A stretch of DNA of 60,783 nt, the filler included, from Sphacelaria rigidula (Eukaryota): the NCBI GenBank assembly GCA_964200075.2. It is 7 parts of 7 records of this genome, joined end to end, with 100 filler letters (N's around TTAATTAATTAA, not from the genome) between each part and the next. Parts side by side here need not be neighbours in the genome. Positions count along the whole stretch, not along the records: positions 1 to 8,599 come from CAXNAA020010637.1; positions 8,700 to 17,297 come from CAXNAA020010638.1; 5 more parts are not named here. The stretch is one strand, 5' to 3'. The notes beneath the pieces were generated by a model that worked only from the letters and a program-made list of their open reading frames with translations, was not told the origin of the DNA and made no database searches. The translations under genes were made by a program, and so were the position numbers. Shown here piece after piece: positions 1 through 11,257 of this stretch. Positions within the stretch are counted from its first letter, which is position 1. The number at the start of each line of letters is the position of its first letter.

Positions 1-339
1 TGGGGGGGTGGGTGAGATGGGGATGTATCCATGATCTTGCATGACGTACATAGTCTGAAGACCATTGGCCTCTCATCACGTCGTAAGGTGAGACGGAGCG
101 CACCGGGTTTTCACCAGAAAAAGGACGAAGCACCGTAATATGTTCGGTGGGTCGCATTAATAGTGAGCTGCATCCTGCTGAGATTGTTCGGCTTGAGGCG
201 TACCGACTATCTTGCATATGGATGACAGGCTACAATGAGTTGCTTCATTTTCTGGTATAATCACCTCCAGAGACAACCACGGCTTACACACTGCCTCATG
301 GGTGCCTCGCCATCTAAACACTACATAGTATTATCATCC

Positions 340-510
340 TCATCGCGCGGAGTTTGGGTTCTCCACCCCGTACAATATGGTCTAACTCCATCACAACCAT
401 GTTGACCGCGAAAAAACGCAGGCGAGTAAAAAATAACGGTAACCCGGTTGAGTTGCCTAGCTTACGCAGTGAGTGGTGTGTTTTTACAGGATCGTTACCA
501 ACCGACGCCA
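340..510. repeat. Dispersed repeat shared with 8709-8878
   Basis: Shared blocks GCGGAGTT..GGTTCTCC, TAGCTTACGCAGTGA and CCAACCGACGCC occur in the same order in contigs 1 and 2. Confidence 0.7.
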
Positions 511-1675
511 ATCCTCAAACGGGAGGGACGGGGGGGGGGGCTATACAAAGCTCTGATTTACTCCTTCGCCAGCGGTGGGCAGAGATGCCCTGATCGTGCC
601 TGAGAATCAATCTGTTCCCATCTTTTATGTAGCACCTGCAATAACGTCTCGTGCTTTATCGGGAAACCGCACGGATGACCGGATCCTGTGTTGACAACGA
701 GCACGTATTCCTACGTACGCCCTCCATCCCCCAAATCTGTGAACGCCTCCACGAATAAGGCCTTCATGTCGAAGGACCACATGCCTGGTCGACGAAAAAT
801 CAGGGTACACCACGCTGGTTCTCCAGCGAATCGAAACGTGATTCACGAGAGAACCGAGCATTTACGATAGACACCGGAAAAAGCGCCAAACCAAAATAAA
901 CGAATATAGAACTCAACAACAACAACATAAAAAGGTCCCGCAAAAGTCAAAGATGGAAAACGAAAAAACAAAAAAAAACATGTCCTTGTCGGATGCTGTC
1001 AAGGCTTGCCACCTCCTCTGCATTCTTCCTCCCCTCATTGACTCTTTTGCGGACAAAAAAAGCTGCGCATGCACACCGTACTATCGTCGTACCACCGCCG
1101 ATGAGCGATATCAGACAAAGGACTACCGCTTTCAGTCGGTCACCCTTGACCCATTCTTGTGTCGAATGGCTGGTACATTCGACGATCATTTTCAAGTCAT
1201 CCTCACGTTGCGGTTGAAATTTCAAAATTTCGCCACGCAGCTTCACGCCTTCGAGTCGGTTAAAAGTGTGCGGTACTTTACCCTTTTCTTGAGTCGCCAG
1301 GGTGAATTCATCAACGCCTCGACAGTCGGCCCTAAGGTGAAATATTATGTCAATTCAAGAGATGACCCACCCTGGCGGTCAGAGGAACGTTGAGCGCCGT
1401 AATGTTCACGTAGCAGCGACGCGAAAGCCGCACGAATGGCGGAGTACATCCAGTGTTGTACAATAAATGAACGAATAAAAACAAAGGGAAGTTGGCAAGG
1501 TACCGCGCGAGTGATGATCGAATGCTCGAAGACATACAGTGCAAGACATGTGTCACAGGGGAGTATGGGTTGACAATCTCCCGGACATTCCGGGCTCATG
1601 CCGAGGAACGATTGGGAGGGGGGGCGGATCATGGCTAGATACGACAACAAAAAAGAATTAATATGTACTGCTTAC

Positions 1676-1778
1676 CAGCTGCGAGCAAGGTGCCGTTGGG
1701 AAAGCAGTGTGTGGTGGTCTGCTTGAGGACCTCTTCCAGCATCGCCGGGGTCTCCCTCATGACAAAATCCATCAATTC
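1676..1778 (-). CDS. Isolated internal exon of an unknown gene (ELMDFVMRETPAMLEEVLKQTTTHCFPNGTLLAA)
   Basis: Acceptor caacag|GAA and donor G|gtaagc, open frame, GC3-rich codons unlike the flanks. Confidence 0.65.
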
Positions 1779-1888
1779 CTGTTGATATGAAAGAGTAGAG
1801 TACGGCAAAGAGGGGTGGTGCGAGAGAGCATAGTATGACAAAAGGAGTTTTGCAACAACACGCAATTTTCTTTTTTAGACGACGGTTG

Positions 1889-1956
1889 ATGTATGTATGT
1901 ATGTATGTATGTATGTATGTATGTATGTATGTATGTATGTATGTATGTATGTATGT
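1889..1956. repeat. (ATGT)n microsatellite
   Basis: About 17 perfect tetranucleotide units. Confidence 0.97.
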
Positions 1957-2073
1957 GTTCATGTATGTACATAGCGCTGTAGGAGCCGTTCAGGTAAGCT
2001 CTGCAGGATTGGGCCGCGACCAAAACTCAGAGCTCACCAACAGCGTGGGGAAAAGGAGAATTGTTAACATAAT

Positions 2074-2094
2074 GAGAGAGAGAGAGAGAGAGAG
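2074..2094. repeat. (GA)n microsatellite
   Basis: Direct reading. Confidence 0.9.
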
Positions 2095-2294
2095 AAGGTG
2101 GTGTTGTGCAAAGGCGTGTGCGTTGTTAGAACGCTTCAGTGCCTAGGTCTCTCGTGGGCTCCCGGTGAAAAAGCTCAAGCGGAGTGGGGAATGACCACAG
2201 TAGTTCGTCCTTGACGGAAACAACAACACACGTCTACTACGCACAATACGCCAATGTATGAGACGATGTGGGTTTCTTGTGTTGGCATCCCGTT

Positions 2295-2780
2295 TTATTC
2301 TGGAAGCCAGTCTACAACCTTACCGTACCTGTGCGTGCCATCAGCCGGGGTCACACAGGAGGACTGCCACGCACGGAAACTCTCGTGTTCTTCGTCTCTT
2401 TCGTTCACCTCAACCTTCGTTCTGCGGTGCTTGCCCCTTTGGAACCCATTAACGATTATTGTTTTTGTGAATTAGCATCACTTGGACTTAAAAATGACTG
2501 AAAATGATGCCGATTCACAAAAACAAAAATCGTCAATGAGTTGGCTCCACGGGGGTTCATTTTTTTTTTATCGCGAGAAGGGTTGAGACACCCCCTTTTC
2601 CTTGTCTACCGTGACATTGATTATTTTCTCTTTTGTATAAACTCACGACATGGTCGCTCTCTACCGGTGGGCATAATGCGAGAAAAAACAAGATGGTGTG
2701 GACTTCACCGAGAGATTCGAGCCCACGTGCTGCCTGTCAAACGTGTTCGGAGTTACCGACTGAGTCACCGAGGTAACCGG
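2295..2780 (-). mobile_element. tRNA-derived SINE, interrupted by a MITE
   Basis: Minus-strand head CCGGTTACCTCGGTGACTCAGTCGGTAACT..GGGCTCGAATC (A/B box-like) and tail TCCTCCTGTGTGACCCCGGCTGA..GTAGACTGGCTTCCAGAATA match the copies at 46851 and 47288. Confidence 0.8.
2434..2557. mobile_element. ~120-bp hairpin MITE, same family as 45189-45310
   Basis: Arms AACCCATTAACGATTATTGTTTTTGTGAATTAGCATCA and TGATGCCGATTCACAAAAACAAAAATCGTCAATGAGTT are imperfect reverse complements. A second copy lies in contig 6. Confidence 0.8.
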
Positions 2781-3309
2781 TTTATCGTGCACACATCCCC
2801 CCCCAAACTAGGCATCGATGGAAACCGTTCGCGTGTGCAGCCACAGGAACGTGGCGGAGTGACGCATGAAGGACTATCCACGACAATTGCTCCCTCAAGC
2901 ACGACGTAAGGCAGATGAAACGAGTGTTTCATGGGTCGGATCTGCATTGTACTTGACTGTGCGTTGTTGTTTGGCTTTGTCCGTCTATATACAACCATCA
3001 AGGGTGAGTTATTTGTGGTTCGTTGGCACAATTTCGACTTGAAATATGAATGCCAGACCCAGATGACCCACGGTGGGGTCTAAGGGTTTGAGTCTAGAGC
3101 TGACGGCGGAAAAGAGTGCCGCTTTCCGAAGGTGATATCCATAGGCAGGGAAGGAAAGTAGTGGGGGGAATTGACAGACAACACTGCACTCTACTATACA
3201 GTCTTTGTACTACTGTTGTACTTCGCGTTTTACTTCGAATTTGTAGTTATCCCCGGGGTCGCGTCATATGTGTTGCGGCGGCATAACTTTGTCTTGAAAA
3301 ATCAATCAT

Positions 3310-3500
3310 GTACAGACAAAATTTGACTTCACGGTCGACACAGGAAAGGGACTGCTGAACCCTTCTCGCGATAAATAATACGGAAAGCACCGCAGGAGGA
3401 AGGTGGAGTACTCAAAATAAAATCCTATGTTGGCCTTCCTCATGTGTGACCCCGGCTGATGCACCCACATATACCGAAAGACGGATACTGGCGTTCAGAA
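3310..3500 (+). mobile_element. SINE 3' half (same family)
   Basis: GACTTCACGGTCGAC..GGGACTGCTGAACCCTTCTCGCGATAAA..TCCTCATGTGTGACCCCGGCTGATGCACCCACATATACCGAAAG matches the SINE body and tail. Confidence 0.8.
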
Positions 3501-3706
3501 TAGATGGGTTAGCCAACACAACCACAACATAGACAGTGCAGCCGTGAGCAATGTACCTGAGCAGCGTGTGTCGTGTGCGCGGAAAGCCTTCTGGGGTTCT
3601 ATTGGAACGAACCGGACGGATACACGTTTTGCGGGAAAACTTCCAATACGTTTTGTGCATTTCACATCCCTAGCAGTACCAGTAGTATGCCCTCGAGGTG
3701 TTCAAC

Positions 3707-4102
3707 TACAGCTCGGAGATGGTTTGTTAAACCATTAACCAGTTACATGGTTACGCGTAGCACAACCATTAAAAAGCGAAATGGTACATTATGGTTCGGT
3801 CATCGAGCGGCGCAGCCGCGAGCCAAAAAGCCCCCCCCCCCCGGCAGAGGGGGGCCCGCCGGAGGCCCCATGACGGAGGCACGTTTCTACGCAATTTGGC
3901 TCAAGTGCAGGGAAAAAAATACGTTAAATTTGGGGCAATTTTCAGGGGCTGTATGTAGAATACGTAGCCGGTAACTGCTTATAAAGCCGGTAACGGTAAA
4001 TAATGGTTTGAGACCGTTATCCAAAGTTACCATGTAACCATTACCATCATTACCATTATAGTGATAGTGGCCAGTTGTAACTGGTACCATCTCCGAGCTC
4101 CA
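3707..4102. mobile_element. Non-autonomous hAT-like DNA transposon
   Basis: TIRs TACAGCTCGGAGATGGT and ACCATCTCCGAGCTCCA, flanked by a perfect 8-bp direct repeat TGTTCAAC (3699-3706, 4103-4110). An 8-bp TSD is typical of hAT. Confidence 0.8.
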
Positions 4103-4392
4103 TGTTCAACACACATCCGCTTGATTGTGAAGATCTTGAGACGAGCACAGCGACGTACCCATCCTGGACTGGGCCACGACGTGCTATTTACTGTATACCA
4201 AACAGGGCACAGCCCTTCCGTTTCGGAAAGTTTCCCGAGGCGCCATTTTCCCATGGTTGAGAATCGAACACACAACAGCTACCGATAAACACACAACCCA
4301 CGCCGTTAATACTTTACATTTGCAACTACCCTTGTTTCCCTCGTCTTCATTTTTCAACCTGTATACGGGATAAAGTCACCGAGTCCACGTTA

Positions 4393-4865
4393 TGAGACAA
4401 ATTCTCATGGGTTTAGAACAAGAAAAACTGTTGAAAACTGCCCATTGGGCCCTTCTCTATCGTTTTACACCCGAAAAGTGGGCTGCTAGGCGGGTGTTGA
4501 CACCTTGGATTGACTTGCCCTACTCGTTGAGACCGTTTCAGGGCAACCTTGCGTTTCCCGCTGCCCACAGTTTTATCTTTGGCCAAGCTTGCATTCTAAC
4601 AACAAACGGCCATGTGATCAAAATCTGGCCAGTACTTCGATGGCTCGACCGTTCGCTGTTGAAAATGCAAATTTGGCGAAAAAATATACTGTGGTGAGCG
4701 GGATATGCAGAGTTGCCCTGAAACGGTCTCAACGAGTAGAGCAAGTCATTCCAACGTTTCAACATTTACCTAGCCCTCTTTTAGGGCGTAAAAACGACGG
4801 AGAGGGGCCCGAAAGGCAAAGTTCTTCAACAGGTGTTTTCACCAAACCCATGGGAATTGGCCTCA
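4393..4865. repeat. Long imperfect inverted repeat (foldback)
   Basis: The arms pair over about 220 bp. Core 4511-4547 versus 4712-4748 has one mismatch in 37 bp. Confidence 0.9.
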
Positions 4866-6339
4866 AGTATGACACATATGTGAAAGCGCCGATCCGTTTC
4901 CAGGGCCAAGCTCTGTGCTGTACGGTTTTTACGTTTGTGCCGCCGGTCAGCGTTCGATTTTCGGCCCGAAAAAGTGGTACACAACTTTATGACGAGAATA
5001 CTAACAGTTGGAGTAAGCGTGTAGCTAACGCAGCCGAAGTGCCGAAATACGACTCATTCGACCTTCAGGCCAGCTCGCCAGACCTGGTCTTGATTTAATT
5101 TCTTCTCGTTTCCTTTTTGCCACTGCAGCACGAATTGGCGATGTTTCGTACAAAACTACTCGCAAATGACTACGCCTCACGTGATAACGAACACTCATAA
5201 CGTTTTTCCACAGCTATTTCGATTAATTCCACGTATGTCCTATTGGAGTGCGACATGTACATGTGAAAGTATTCCCGAATTGAGTTTTGCCGTCCGTTTT
5301 CCGCGTTTTCGCTTGGTTCAGCGTTTTTCGAGTGTTCATGCTATACTTTGATTCGCACGTCGGGAGCAGCCACAGGACACTTTGAAGTTTCAAGAAGGTG
5401 ATCGATCCGAGTCTACAGTTTAAAGTCATTCGATAAGAAGGTGGGTACTGGCGAATGCCTGAGGTCACCCATTACCCGAAATCACTCGAACTCAGATAGG
5501 CAAATAACAGTTTAACCGGACGACATTCGCTTGCCCGCATGCAAGTAGAGACATGTACGTAAATTTTCGAGTCAGAGCTCGAACAACAATTGGGGGCAAA
5601 TACTTCTGGTAAAAGACCTGGGTGCCTCGTGGGGAAACCAGCTTGTACAATGACGGTTTTGAGGACATTCCGTACCACCACACGCCCAAAGTTAACGTCC
5701 GTTCACGCCCACGCTATGAGCCATCCTCCCGTGTAAAATATTTCACATCCCACCTCAAGTCTTGCACCCCAGCCATTTCCCTTTCTTTCACTCCTGCTTT
5801 CTCCTGAAATTTAGTGCTCCGTCACTCGAAAGGGATGCGTGGTCAATGGTCAAATAACCAAGGCAAGCAACAAATGAGTACGCTCTGCTCCCCCCGCAAG
5901 TATTATGCGGTGAGTCTGACGGCTGCAGTCACACGTTGCTGCTGACACACATGATTCAACTCTGCCGCTGCGCCTCAACTAATTCTCACCGAACGCTGCT
6001 CACCACCACACAGCACAAACGGGACGATGGACGCGTGTCGCCGAAGTGGCACCAACGGAACATTGTTCAAAGCCGAAAGTCATTTTCCACGATTTCCGAA
6101 ACGAGGTCGAAGAGATACATATATATATATATATATATAACTCACGTCTTCGCAGTTGCTTGTGTACATCGCCATGTCACACACTCAACGGTGGTACCCA
6201 CCGTCAGAGGTGATTCGTGCCCCAACCGAGCTCGTACGTTTGGCGTGGCCGCAAAATGCATCACTTGCGGAAACGCGGTTCATTTCAAGCTTGGCTGCTG
6301 AAAAAAACGGGGCTCAAAAAGAGATGGTTAACTTGCTTC

Positions 6340-7310
6340 ATAATCGCCATTCGTCATTTGATGTTGTTCAATCCGAACAATGGAACCAAGCGCGCATCCT
6401 CCAGTCGGGAAAGCGAGATACTCGTGATGATTTTTCAATGTGTAGGATGGAACGGCACATCGAAAAGAGAGAAACCTGCCTTGACTTGAGGGCCCGTCTT
6501 GACAGTGAAAAAAGTTGGAAGCCGATATCGACAATTGGATGAAGAAAAAAAGTGAGATGCTGTGACTGACCCATCACCCTAAAACCGCAGCTAAACTGTT
6601 TCCAAATTATGCGAGCTGTAAGGCCGTGTCTTGTTTAGACAATGAATGGCAAGTCAATAGAAGCATGTGGATGATCATGAATTCCGCACATTAGTTTCAT
6701 CACTCGAACCCGTGGTCACAGACGTAGGTTTGTCTTTCAAATACCGCCCCTGCTATTCCTTACAAGACATGGAGTCCTCGTCACTTTCCCCCCGAGACTC
6801 TAGACTAATCGCAAAACAAAAACGATCAAATTGGTCGACGCAATACCACCCCCCTACGACAAAAATCAGAAGGATTTTTTCGAAGCGAAGGAGCTTTTTG
6901 TCGATGATGTTCTTCCGAAGCTTTTTGGTCGCGTGCCAAGAAACACGGTATTTCACAACTTGAGGATAGATATTTCATATGAGGATGAACCTTGGGGAAA
7001 CTTCAACAGCATCGAAATATTTTCAAATAAAAAAGAATGGAAATGCACTCTCCGGCCTTGATGTGTGGCCTCCCTTATCCACCAAAGAATCAATGCGTAA
7101 TTTGTCAAATTACGTGTTCATACCGAAAAACTTCGACCGTTCTTCATTCCCGTCCAAGGAAATGGTCTTCTTCATCAGAATTCCCTGTGAAGACGGGATT
7201 TTATAAATTATGGATGGATTTCTCGTTTGGATGAAGGAAACTACCAGTGTTGCGCCAAAAGAAACAAAAGAAACGAAAAAATCGGAGCAGAATCTGACTG
7301 TTTTTCCCTC
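6340..7310 (+). pseudogene. Possible decayed intronless coding region of unknown origin
   Basis: Protein-like segments in successive frames, separated by stops and frameshifts (KLEADIDNWMKKK; DDHEFRTLVSSLEP; KDFFEAKELFVDDVLPKLFG..; SGLDVWPPLSTKES..). Confidence 0.3.
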
Positions 7311-8483
7311 TGGTACGCAATGCTGCAGCGCACAGTACCAGGTATAGCGACGTGAAACTGTTGACTGTGGTCCGCACAGCATATGAGGGAAGATTCCGCG
7401 CCTCGCAGCGGCTACCGCGCGCGTAGAGCCGTGCGTCGTGAACTGCGTAGCTCTACAGACTGTATACCGATCGGTACACTGCAGATGGTCACGATCCAAA
7501 AAGGGTTGTAATACAAACCGGTGTCAGTTTGATACCACATCGGCCGCCCAACCGCTCAACATGTCCAAGTTTGTGCATATGCTCGTGCATGTATGCATTC
7601 GCCTGTAGTACTCCAAGTCTGGGCTGCTGTATAGCCGATTTGAGGGTGCATGGACGGCATTCCCCGAAATCGCTTGTAGCCATGTTGTAGTAAAGTCTGG
7701 GGCCCAATAGCGCGGATGCTTCGCGCATATGCTGTCTGTGTTGTGTCCGACTAGTGCGCAAAGTTTCTTGATGGAACGCGCAGTCGCAGGCGAGAAGTCC
7801 ACAAGCAAGTTGCACTGGAAATTGGGAGTTTACCGTTGGAAACTACTCAGACAAACATGAGATGCGGTTACGCGGTATTACGGTACGGGTCCTATCTGAA
7901 GACCGTACATTGCATCAGAGTATTACACTGCATTTTCTATTGGTCATGACGGAGTCTTCAAATTTCAAAGCCACAGCTGCGCCGCCAGACATGCATGCAA
8001 ACGATCGTGCCGTTCTCGTTCTCTTCGAAAGCAATTGAGATGCTTCTTTTTTAGGCGGATTGCACACTCCAAATACTACGTCCTAGGCGTGATGATGGGC
8101 TGGAACGCGAAGCGCAGTCGCTACCTATCGTCGTACCATGGGACCCGCAAGGCACCCGTACTGAGCGACAACATGCACACCACCGAACGCGGGACATAAT
8201 CGCATTCTCAGCCTGCAACTTGAGCCGACAATCCAGCCGTGAACATAGCTCTTCATATATGCCGCGTGTTGGGCCGTAGGTCGTACCTCTGGGGCACCTC
8301 GCTCGTGTGAACTACACCTGCTTTGCGGATGATCCTAGCTGATAATTGATGTAATCACTCTTGTATGCGAAAATCGGCACACATTTGACTTTTTTTCTTT
8401 TGGCGCAACACTGTATGTACACCACGGCCGTACAGTGCATTTGTGTTTTGCTTTCGAGAATATTCCCATGCTTATGAATGTTT

Positions 8484-8599
8484 CAAGGATCGGACAAATA
8501 ATGATTCGTCTGGAAATCACTTGGTTTTAGTATGATGAGTCGACTCGTGACGAATCAATCCCTAGGCTGTATTTAAGCGTTGCAACCCAGGTACACGCA
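8484..8599. repeat. Dispersed repeat shared with ~48272-48385
   Basis: TCGGACAAAT..ATGATTCG.CTGGAAA..ACTTGGTTTTAGT..ACGAATCAATCCCTAGGCT..GTTGCAACCCAGGTACACG in both places. Confidence 0.8.
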
Positions 8600-8699
8600 N
8601 NNNNNNNNNNNNNNNNNNNNNNNNNNNNNNNNNNNNNNNNNNNTTAATTAATTAANNNNNNNNNNNNNNNNNNNNNNNNNNNNNNNNNNNNNNNNNNNN
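8600..8699. other. Artificial contig-joining spacer (44N-TTAATTAATTAA-44N)
   Basis: The same 100-bp structure recurs six times about 8.7 kb apart. The 12-mer carries TAA stops in all six frames. Confidence 0.98.
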
Positions 8700-8947
8700 G
8701 ATCATCCCCATTGTGCGGAGTTGAGGTTCTCCCACGCCGCACAAAATGATCTAGCTCGACTACCATCATGGTTACCGGAAAACAACGCAAGTGCGCAAAA
8801 AAATCGGTAAACTGGTTGCCTGTTATAGCTTACGCAGTGATTGGCGTGTTTTATAGCGCCATCGCCAACCGACGCCTACCCCATCAGGAGTCCGCCCCTA
8901 CAAAGCCGGGACGGAGCACGCCGGGTTCTCGCCGGACCAGGCTGAAG

Positions 8948-9095
8948 GGGGGGGGTGTACTCGTTTGTTGCTTGCCTTGGTTGTTGGACTATTTACCACG
9001 CACCCCTTTCGAGACGGAGCACCGTTCCCACTCCTTATAGAAACACCTCCAACATTTGGACGCCCATTAAGTTTCTTCGGTACACTACACAGAAA

Positions 9096-9130
<35 letters not shown>

Positions 9131-10605
9131 CCCCTCCCTTTTTCGCCGTCTGCGGCCACCATCTATCTCCTAGTATAGCCATCGTTTTCTCGCTACTGTC
9201 GAGTGCAGCGAACGATTTCATGCTATCTTCGTTTATCTCTCACATTTCTCTCTCTAACACGCCCCGTTCCTCCTTGTATAGTTCGCATGCTGGCACCGTA
9301 TGAGTTCTACTCTCTATTGCTTTGCCACAGGGGCAGGTCGGTGCATCTACTGTCTCCCCCTCTCGACTACTGGCATACCTCTTTCTTCTTTCTGGCAGGT
9401 CCAGGTCCCCCACCCGAAGTCGCAGTTTCAATTTTTCCGCCGAATCCATTGGGTCATGCAGCTATGTTTTCACCCCTATCCCCTCTCTCAACCGCCCGTA
9501 TATCTTTAGAAGTTCTTCCTCGTCTACTTTGCGCCTTGGCGCTTCTTTTCTCCTTATTTCTATCATGTCTCTTACTTTTGTCTTGTACCCCCCGCATTCA
9601 CCTATGGACGGTATATCGTCTTCGTTCTCTCCTATGCCCTTCCATACTTTCTCGACTACGCTATCCCATCATATTCCAGCCGGTCACTTCGTCACTTTCT
9701 TCCGTACAACCCTATCAACTATGGCTGGCAATTCCTTTCTTCGTGTGTTCCTTGCGCTATATTGGCATTTCAGTTTTTTCATGCCTTTGTTTGTTTCAAG
9801 TGGGTACATTTCCAATTATGCTCTCAATGCTGTATTACTCGTTGTTTTTGACTATCCGAGTATTGTCTTAGCTGCTGCCATCAGTGCTGTTTCCAACTTC
9901 TTCACCAAATTCACTTTCTCACACTTCGCCTGCATATCCTAGCTTTGGTACAATCACATATACCAGACTACATATATCAATCCTAGCATCGAGGTACGAG
10001 TCCCTCAGGATCACGACCATCTTGCTCATCTGTGCCTTACCCTTTCATATTCGCTTCGTCTATGTGTGCACCCCAAGAACAGCTTTTTGATATCTCTATG
10101 CCAAGGTATGTATACTGGTCCACGTGCGGCATATCCTCTTCTGTCCACTGCCATGTGACCACTTAAAGTCTGCCGGGTTTTTCTCACCTTCGTAACATTC
10201 AAGTACCGCGCATTTGTTAACGTTCGCTATCACTCTCCATTGCCTCTTGTATTTTAGAGCCTTTTCTATTTGCTTCTGCAATCCTTCTGGTGTATCTGAT
10301 ATCCCCACGAAATCATCCGCGAACACCAATCCTGATACCGTATCTTCCTCGACCTTGACTCCTTGTTTTTGCTGCTTCTACTGCTATCATCAGGCCATCA
10401 ATGAACACCTTGGATCAAGTGGGTGCTAGCGTACGTCCTTCTGCAACTCCTTGTAAAATATCGGAATATTTCGATATTTCCCCGTTTCGCATCATGGCAC
10501 TTTTCGCACATTCTGTCATGTTCTTCTCCACTCTCCACATTTCCCCCCTATTTCCAGTTTCCCGCAACTTTTTCCACAGCTCAAGTCTCTTTACTGTCAT
10601 GGGCC
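8948..10605 (-). mobile_element. 5'-truncated, decayed non-LTR retrotransposon (LINE): RT, C-terminal Cys/His motif and 3' UTR
   Basis: RT motifs GVAEGRTLAPT (QG..LSP equivalent) and VFADDFVGISDTPEGLQ. C-terminal CPCGKAIESRTHTVPAC. Several stops and frameshifts. An (AT)n run sits at ~9098-9127. Confidence 0.9.
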
Positions 10606-11009
10606 CTCTGTACGTCTAGAAAGAAACAGTACGTTTGGGGGGGGGGGGGGGCGTACTTATTATCTTGTATCACATAGTGATATGCCCATGAACCCTGTAC
10701 CCCCACAACGCCAAACGGGGGCGCGGGTTNNNNNNNNNNCTCCCTTTCTCCCCACCGCCTGGCCTTTTTCTTGGGCGTGGCCCGTGGTTACGGGAAAAAG
10801 GGTGGGGGGGGGGGGGGGGGGGGGGGGGGCGTACTCATGATCTCGTATACCATAGTCATATGACCATTGACCTCGTATCCCTACAAAGCCGAAACGGAGC
10901 GCCGGGTTCACGCCAGACCAGGGGATAAGGGTGGGGGAGTGGGGGTGGATTGGTGCCTGTGTGTGAGAAGGGTCCAACAAGCTTTACGCTCGAGTTGTGG
11001 TACCTTTAT

Positions 11010-11257
11010 GACACTTTCTACGGTAGCCCCCCCCTAAAAAGTGCATGGTTTTGGGGGGCAAAATCTTCACGTAAATCGAAATGGGAAAAGTCGAGCACAA
11101 CGAGAAGCTGGGAATTTCCACGCTTGGATTTGTTCTAGCCAATGTCGCCAATATGAGGCGCTTCATGCAGCCTGAGCCCAAATATCAAGCGTTGTGTGGT
11201 CATTTTTTTCGTGACACTTTTGAGCTGGTTAGGGGGGGGACTATCGTAGAAACTGTC
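11010..11257. mobile_element. Complete 248-bp MITE with 4-bp TSD
   Basis: TIRs GACACTTTCTACGGTAGCCCCCCC and GGGGGGGACTATCGTAGAAACTGTC, with TTAT on both flanks. Partial copies at 17398-17506 and 34582-34692. Confidence 0.88.

Noticed and set aside
1672..2146. IHTY- and CMYV-repeat ORFs
   Set aside because: They are translations of the (ATGT)n microsatellite.
9203..9942. Plus-strand ORFs of 206-222 aa
   Set aside because: They are antisense shadows of the minus-strand LINE.
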